From: Alphaproteobacteria bacterium
GTDB taxonomy: Bacteria; Pseudomonadota; Alphaproteobacteria; Rhizobiales; Beijerinckiaceae
Length of the DNA: 64,000 nucleotides
Direction of reading: 5' to 3'
Assembly (NCBI GenBank): GCA_016869435.1
Contig: VGEB01000003.1
Coordinates: forward strand, 1,008-65,007
Both the position numbers and the translations under genes were made by a program. Positions 58,425 through 64,000 of the stretch are shown one piece after another (within the stretch, counting starts at the first letter, position 1; every line of letters starts with the position of its first letter). The notes under the pieces were generated by a model, which saw nothing but the letters and a program-made list of their open reading frames with translations, did not search any database and was not told the DNA's origin.

Positions 58425-58932
58425 CGTCCGGGACCGCGATGCAGAGCCTATCGTTTAGTTCCATAATATCGATTATGCGAATCACGGACGAGCGTTCCGC
58501 CGTTTCGCCGTCGTCCCCGTTACGCCGCCCACGCAATCGCGCGCGGACGCCCGCCGATGGAGTGTGGCCCGCGACGCCGTAAAGCTTTTGCACGGCCGAT
58601 GCGGCGGGCGCATTGCCGACCGGCGCCGAAAATCTACTGCGCGTCTGATCTAAGGTCCTGCAAACGCAAACATTCCTCCCGAGCCACGACATCGGGAGGC
58701 GGCCCTCAAACCGTGGCGGCTGTTTGGATTTTTAGATCGACCCATGGAATTTTCTGGCCTTCCGGGGCCAAACTCTGGTAAAAGGCTCGCTGCGCGGGAC
58801 TATATGGCATTCAAGAGCACATCATCGTCGTTTGCGAACGGGCGCTTTTTTTGCGGCCCGAACGTAGACGCCTGGGCGCACTAAGGTTGGCATAGCAGTC
58901 TTGCCTTATTTGGCGGAGACGAGCAGGTAGAC

Positions 58933-59601
58933 ATGAGCAAAGGTAGAGATTTTCGGGGCCCCCGCAAGCGCGGGTTCGATGATGACGCCCCGTTTAGTTA
59001 TGACGCTCCGCGGCCGAGCCGGCCGCCGCGTTCGCAGTTTGGAGGCGGCGGATTTCCTGACGCGCCGCCCCCGATGATGAACGAACCCGCTGTCGACGCT
59101 ATCGTAAAATGGTTCAAGCCTGATAAGGGCTTCGGCTTTGTCGAGCTCGCCAATGGCACCGGCGACGCGTTTCTCCATATCGGCGCCGTCCAGGCGGCGG
59201 GATATGATTCCCTGCCGCCGGGCGCGAAATTGCAGGTCCAGGTCACGAGTTCGGTGAAGGGCCAGCAGGTGGCGCGGATTCTCGAGGTCGATCTCGCCGG
59301 CGCGGCCGAGCGGGCGCCGCCGCCGCGCACCGGCGGGGGTGGCGGATTTGACAGTCCCCGGCCCCGTCGTCAGGCGCCCGATCCGTCGACCGCCGTTCCG
59401 GTCTCCGGCAAGGTCAAATGGTTCGACGAGACGAAAGGCTTTGGCTTCGTGCAGTCGAATGACGGCGGCAAGGACGTCTTCGTGCACATTTCGATTCTTG
59501 GCCCGTCAGGCGTGAATCGCCTTGCTGAAGGCCAGCCGGTGACGATGCAAGTCGTCGATACGGCGAAGGGTCGCGAGGCGCTGTCCATCATCCTGGACTG
59601 A
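58933..59601 (+). CDS. Cold-shock protein with two CSD domains
   Basis: VKWFKPDKGFGFV...DAFLH and VKWFDETKGFGFV...DVFVH, with RGG-rich leader and linker. Confidence 0.93.
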   Translation: MSKGRDFRGPRKRGFDDDAPFSYDAPRPSRPPRSQFGGGGFPDAPPPMMNEPAVDAIVKWFKPDKGFGFVELANGTGDAFLHIGAVQAAGYDSLPPGAKLQVQVTSSVKGQQVARILEVDLAGAAERAPPPRTGGGGGFDSPRPRRQAPDPSTAVPVSGKVKWFDETKGFGFVQSNDGGKDVFVHISILGPSGVNRLAEGQPVTMQVVDTAKGREALSIILD

Positions 59602-59675
59602 TCGGGCGCTGCCCGCACTGCGCCGCCTCCTCCTTGCGGGGAGAGCGGCGTTTTCTTTTTGGGGGGTCAAGACCC

Positions 59676-60497
59676 ATGTCCGCCCGCCAGACAGGCGATA
59701 TCGCCCGACTGATCGAAATCATGGCGGCGCTACGCACGCCGGGCAGCGGCTGTCCCTGGGATCTGGAGCAGGATTTCCATTCGATCGCCCCCTACACGAT
59801 CGAGGAAGCCTATGAAGTCGCGGACGCCATCGAGCGCGCTGACCTCGCCGATCTCAAGGACGAATTGGGCGATCTCCTGCTCCAGGTCGTGTTCCACGCG
59901 CGGATGGCGCAGGAGCAGAACGCTTTCGCCTTCCCGGATGTTGTCGACGCCATCTGCGACAAGCTCATTCGCCGGCATCCTCATGTTTTCGGCGACCGCC
60001 AATCGCTCGACGCCGGGGGCGTGAGCGCGCAGTGGAGCGAGATCAAAGCGCGCGAAAAGGCGGAGAAAGAGGGCGGGCGACCGGAAAGCCTGCTTGACGG
60101 CGCGCCGCTGGCCCTGCCCGCGCTCACCCGCGCGCTAAAGTTGCAGCAAAAGGCGTCGACCGTCGGCTTCGACTGGGACGACGCACAGCAGGTTCTCGCC
60201 AAGATTCGCGAGGAAACCGAAGAAGTTGCCGCGGAGCTCGCCCTGCCCGGCGCGAGCGCGTCGCCGGCGCTTGAAGAGGAGATCGGCGATCTCTTGTTCG
60301 TCGTCGCCAATCTCGCGCGTCACGCCAAAGTCGATCCCGAACAGGCCCTTCGCGGCGCCAACGCCAAATTTGAGCGGCGCTTCCGTCATATTGAACGCCG
60401 CCTTGCCGAGAAGGGGCGTTCAACCGAGGCGGCGTCTTTGGACGAGATGGAAGCCTTGTGGGTTGAGGCGAAGCAGGCCGAGCGCAAGCCGCGCTGA
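59676..60497 (+). CDS. mazG: Nucleoside triphosphate pyrophosphohydrolase MazG
   Basis: GCPWDLEQ...IEEAYEVADAI, ELGDLLLQVVFH, RRHPHVFG and EIGDLLF. Confidence 0.95.
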   Translation: MSARQTGDIARLIEIMAALRTPGSGCPWDLEQDFHSIAPYTIEEAYEVADAIERADLADLKDELGDLLLQVVFHARMAQEQNAFAFPDVVDAICDKLIRRHPHVFGDRQSLDAGGVSAQWSEIKAREKAEKEGGRPESLLDGAPLALPALTRALKLQQKASTVGFDWDDAQQVLAKIREETEEVAAELALPGASASPALEEEIGDLLFVVANLARHAKVDPEQALRGANAKFERRFRHIERRLAEKGRSTEAASLDEMEALWVEAKQAERKPR

Positions 60498-60516
60498 TGC
60501 GCGGCGCATTTGATCG

Positions 60517-61896
60517 CTACGACGCCGCTTTCCGGCGCCGCGCGCGAGAACCGCGAACGATTTCAGCTTGCGGAAAGCGCTTGGCGAGGCCGTCCGAGCG
60601 CTCCGGATCGACGCGAACCATGAGATGAACGCCGCCCTCAGGCAGCGCTTGGCGCTCGAGCACTTCGGTATGGGCGTGAAGCCAGGCGAGTCCCGCGCCG
60701 TCGGCCGCGTCCACGTCGAGTTCAAACCGAATGCGCCCCGCCGCAAGCTTCTCTTCGATTCGCGCCGCCAGTTCGTCGAGGCCCTGCCCGGTCAATGCAG
60801 ATACGAGCGTCGGCCGCCGTCGAGGCTCGATCCCGCGCGCGGCCAGCCGAAGCGCCGACAGCCGTTCCGGATCAAGCGCGTCGATCTTGTTCCAGACCTC
60901 CAGAATTCGGCCCTCGCCTTCGCCTTTGAGACCGAGTTCGTCGAGGATCGCCTCCACGTCTTTCGCCTGCGCCTCCCAATCTTCGTGCGAAACGTCGCGA
61001 ATATGGAGAACTACGTCGGCGAGGGTCACTTCTTCGAGCGTCGCTCGAAAGGCCGAGACGAGCATCGTCGGCAGATCGGAAATGAATCCCACCGTGTCTG
61101 ACAGAAGGATGCGGGCGCCATGCGGCAGTTTGATCTGACGCAGCGTCGGATCGAGCGTCGCGAAAAGCATATCCTCGGCCAGAACTTCCGCCCGCGTCAG
61201 TCGATTGAACAGCGTCGACTTGCCGGCGTTGGTGTAGCCGACGAGCGCGACCACCGGATAGGGAACATCGCGCCGGGTCTTGCGATGCAAAGCGCGGGTG
61301 CGCTTCACTTTGTCGAGATCATGCTCGATGCGCCGCATCCGCTCCTCGATCAGGCGGCGGTCGGTTTCGATCTGCGTTTCGCCAGGGCCGCCAAGAAAGC
61401 CGAAGCCGCCGCGCTGACGTTCGAGATGGGTCCAGGAGCGCACCAGTCGCGATTTCTGATAGGCGAGATGCGCAAGCTCGACCTGCAGCGCGCCCTCCTT
61501 GGTGCGGGCGCGCTCGCCGAAGATTTCGAGAATGAGCCCAGTACGGTCGATGACCTTGGCGTCCCAGGCCTTTTCGAGATTGCGTTGCTGCACCGGCGAA
61601 AGCTGGCAATCCATGCTGACCAGCGCCGCGTCCTTCGCCTTGACGATTTCTGCGATCTCCTCGACCTTGCCCTTCCCGAGGAAAGTGGCCGGTCGGACCT
61701 CATTCAGCGAAATTGCCGATTGGCCGACGACATCGAGGTCAATCGCCTGGGCGAGGCCAACCGCCTCCGCGAGGCGCGCCGCCGGGTCGCGGGTGCGCGC
61801 GGCTCCGCCCTGGGCCAGATAGGGTCCGACAACCAACGCCCTGGCGGCGGCCGCCTTCGAGGCCGCGCCTTTTCTTGCTTCGCTGTCCGCCCTCAA
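60517..61896 (-). CDS. hflX: GTPase HflX
   Basis: GKGKVEE, DRTGLILEIF, GPGETQIETDRR, VGYTNAGKSTL, LFATLDPT, DTVGF and NKID. TTG start inferred. Confidence 0.95.
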   Translation of the reverse strand: MRADSEARKGAASKAAAARALVVGPYLAQGGAARTRDPAARLAEAVGLAQAIDLDVVGQSAISLNEVRPATFLGKGKVEEIAEIVKAKDAALVSMDCQLSPVQQRNLEKAWDAKVIDRTGLILEIFGERARTKEGALQVELAHLAYQKSRLVRSWTHLERQRGGFGFLGGPGETQIETDRRLIEERMRRIEHDLDKVKRTRALHRKTRRDVPYPVVALVGYTNAGKSTLFNRLTRAEVLAEDMLFATLDPTLRQIKLPHGARILLSDTVGFISDLPTMLVSAFRATLEEVTLADVVLHIRDVSHEDWEAQAKDVEAILDELGLKGEGEGRILEVWNKIDALDPERLSALRLAARGIEPRRRPTLVSALTGQGLDELAARIEEKLAAGRIRFELDVDAADGAGLAWLHAHTEVLERQALPEGGVHLMVRVDPERSDGLAKRFPQAEIVRGSRARRRKAAS

Positions 61897-61900
61897 TCGC

Positions 61901-62164
61901 CTACCGTTGCTTCTCGGCCTGCCCGTCGTCGTCGCCCGGCTCGAACATTTGTATGGGGTGTCCGGGCATGATCGTCGAGATGGCGTGCTTGTAAACGAGC
62001 TGGGAATGCCCGTCTCGCCGCAGCAACAGGCAAAAATTGTCGAACCAGGTGACGATTCCCTGGAGCTTGACGCCATTAACGAGGAAGATGGTGAGCGGGA
62101 CTTTGTTCTTCCTGACGAAATTCAAAAATGTATCTTGCAGATTTTGCGAACGCTCTGACGACAT
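61901..62164 (-). CDS. hfq: RNA chaperone Hfq
   Basis: [27 protein letters not shown]...FDNF and [13 protein letters not shown]. Confidence 0.97.
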   Translation of the reverse strand: MSSERSQNLQDTFLNFVRKNKVPLTIFLVNGVKLQGIVTWFDNFCLLLRRDGHSQLVYKHAISTIMPGHPIQMFEPGDDDGQAEKQR

Positions 62165-62396
62165 CGGCTGTCCTGTTCTGTTTTTTAGCCGAGCGGAATT
62201 GACGCCGCCCCCAAGGGATCGTTCTTCTTTTTTCGCCGCCGTGTTCATTAGAGCCTTTCAAATGACGAAGCGCAAGGCGCAACCCAGGCCGGCGACGCCG
62301 CGAATTGATCAAAATCATCGTTGATAAAGCCCCGCCAGCCGAAGCGCGGCGCTTCATGCATTACATTACTTTTATATCGTATGTTTATGTTTCCTA

Positions 62397-63761
62397 TCAC
62401 TCTACCGAGAGCGACTTGAGCTTTCGGTGTAAGGCCGAGCGCTCCATGCCGATGAACTCGGCCGTGCGGGAAATATTCCCAGAAAATCGATTTAGCTGCG
62501 CGACGAGATATTCGCGTTCGAAAACTTCCCGGGCTTCTCGAAGAGGCAGGCTCATCAATTTTTCGCCGCGCACGCCCGCAGGCGTCGCCGGGACGAGTTC
62601 GCCGACGTCGGCGGGGAGCATTTCCGCGGTTATCGTCGCGCCAGGATCGCCCGACGTCAGGATCATCAGCCGCTCCACATTGTTTTTTAACTGCCGAATA
62701 TTGCCGGGCCAGTCGTGCAATTGCAGGACCGCGAGCGCGTCTTCGGAGATTCTCCGGCGCGGCATGCCGGAGGCGAGCGACATGTTCTCCATGAAATATT
62801 CGATGAGGGCCGGAATGTCCTCGCGCCGCTCCGCGAGCGACGGCACCCGGATCGGCACCACGGCGAGCCGATGGAACAGATCTTCGCGCAGCGTTCCCTC
62901 CTCGATCGCCGAGGCCAGATCGCGCGCCGACGAGGAGATGATGCGCACGTCGACCTGGACCTTGTTCGATCCGCCGACCCGCTGGAAAGTCTGGTCGACC
63001 AGCACGCGCAGGATTTTCGCCTGAGTGTCTTTCGGCATGTCGGCGATTTCGTCGAGGAACAGCGTTCCGCCATGGGCCTCCTCGAGCGCGCCGATCTTTC
63101 GCTCGCCGTCCACGCCTTCGCGTCCAAACAGCTCGATTTCCATATTTTCCGGCGTGATCGTCGCGGAATTGATGACGACGAACGGTCCTCCGGCCCGGCT
63201 TGACGCCTCATGGATGCAGCGCGCCGCGAGTTCCTTGCCCGTACCCGGCGCGCCGGTGATCAACACGCGGGAGTTCACCGGGGCGACCCGGCCGATGAGC
63301 TGCTGCAGTTGATGCGCCGGCGGAGAATTGCCGACGATGCGATCGAACGCCCCTGCCCGCTGCCGCAAGGCGGAAAGTTCACGCCGCAACTGGTAGGCCT
63401 CGAGCGCGCGTTCAGCGACGAGCACCAGCCGATCAGCCTTGAAGGGCTTCTCGATGAAGTCGTAAGCGCCGATCTTGATGGCGCTGACCGCGGTTTCGAT
63501 ATTGCCGTGGCCGGAGATCATGACCACTGGCAAGCCTTTGTGCTGCTTCTGCACCTGTTCGAGCACCTGGAGTCCGTCGAGCCGAGACCCTTGCAGCCAG
63601 ATGTCGAGAAAAACGAGGTGCGGTCGCCGGCCGGCGATCGCGGCGAGCGCTTCGTCGGAATCTTTGGCGGTACGGACTCCATGTCCCTCGTCGCTGAGAA
63701 TTCCGGCGACGAGCTCTCTGATGTCCTCTTCATCGTCGACAATTAAAATATCGGTGGCCAT
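62397..63761 (-). CDS. ntrX: Response regulator NtrX
   Basis: Receiver LDIWLQGS, AAA domain GAPGTGKE with ELFGRE (no GAFTGA), WPGNIRQL and HTH ERSALHRKLK. Confidence 0.95.
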   Translation of the reverse strand: MATDILIVDDEEDIRELVAGILSDEGHGVRTAKDSDEALAAIAGRRPHLVFLDIWLQGSRLDGLQVLEQVQKQHKGLPVVMISGHGNIETAVSAIKIGAYDFIEKPFKADRLVLVAERALEAYQLRRELSALRQRAGAFDRIVGNSPPAHQLQQLIGRVAPVNSRVLITGAPGTGKELAARCIHEASSRAGGPFVVINSATITPENMEIELFGREGVDGERKIGALEEAHGGTLFLDEIADMPKDTQAKILRVLVDQTFQRVGGSNKVQVDVRIISSSARDLASAIEEGTLREDLFHRLAVVPIRVPSLAERREDIPALIEYFMENMSLASGMPRRRISEDALAVLQLHDWPGNIRQLKNNVERLMILTSGDPGATITAEMLPADVGELVPATPAGVRGEKLMSLPLREAREVFEREYLVAQLNRFSGNISRTAEFIGMERSALHRKLKSLSVE

Positions 63762-64000
63762 TATTCCCCGCTCTGCCCCGCATCGCTTGCTTGCGCCGCC
63801 GCACTGTCGGCCCGAACGCTCGCTGCGCGCGTCTCTTCCTTCGAAGACGTCTCCCCGGCGAGGGGCAGGACGAGCCTGACACAGGCCCCCCGACCCGATG
63901 GCGCGTCCAGCAACTCCAGCCGGCCTCCGTGATCCTCGATGATCTTCGCGACGATTGGCAGGCCCAGACCGGTGCCGTCCGATCGCGTCGTCATATAAGG
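63761..64000 (-). CDS. ntrY: Sensor kinase NtrY, C-terminal end (5' part lies outside the window)
   Basis: [26 protein letters not shown], directly upstream of ntrX. Confidence 0.85.
   Translation of the reverse strand, partial: PYMTTRSDGTGLGLPIVAKIIEDHGGRLELLDAPSGRGACVRLVLPLAGETSSKEETRAASVRADSAAAQASDAGQSGE

Noticed and set aside
62100-62164. AT-rich codons at the start of hfq (and at other gene starts)
   Set aside because: Reduced GC near start codons is a general feature, so I excluded these from the patch list.

Overview
This is a GC-rich alphaproteobacterial chromosome segment. SciP, NtrY/NtrX-Hfq-HflX and the Rhizobiales-type SUF and MoxR gene order point to Hyphomicrobiales; a Methylocystis-like host is only my impression. 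Most of it is housekeeping: tsaD, gpsA, ilvD, pgsA-moaD-moaE, sciP, mobA, cysK, recJ, rlpA-dacA-tmk-holB, CCA enzyme, a MoxR/DUF58/DUF4159 operon, anmK, the SUF operon, gyrA, metG, tatD, mazG, hflX, hfq and ntrX/ntrY. Small accessory inserts are scattered through it: a PLD nuclease, a DUF5397-like/VapD pair, an orphan antitoxin-like gene, an ECF sigma-vWA module with a large unknown ORF, and Pro-rich membrane proteins. I saw no tRNA, rRNA, CRISPR array, integrase or transposase. Three signals are not explained by annotation. (1) Short in-frame patches of A/T-ending codons sit on conserved motifs of otherwise GC-rich genes: recJ (24 consecutive A/T-ending codons), gyrA, metG, a cysteine desulfurase and ntrX. 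(2) Palindromic repeats lie at coupled stop/start junctions, flanked by 8-9 bp direct repeats, and read as small bridging ORFs. (3) Two apparent pseudo-enzymes lack their key serine: a carrier protein and a lipase. All family calls come from motif recognition, not database searches.
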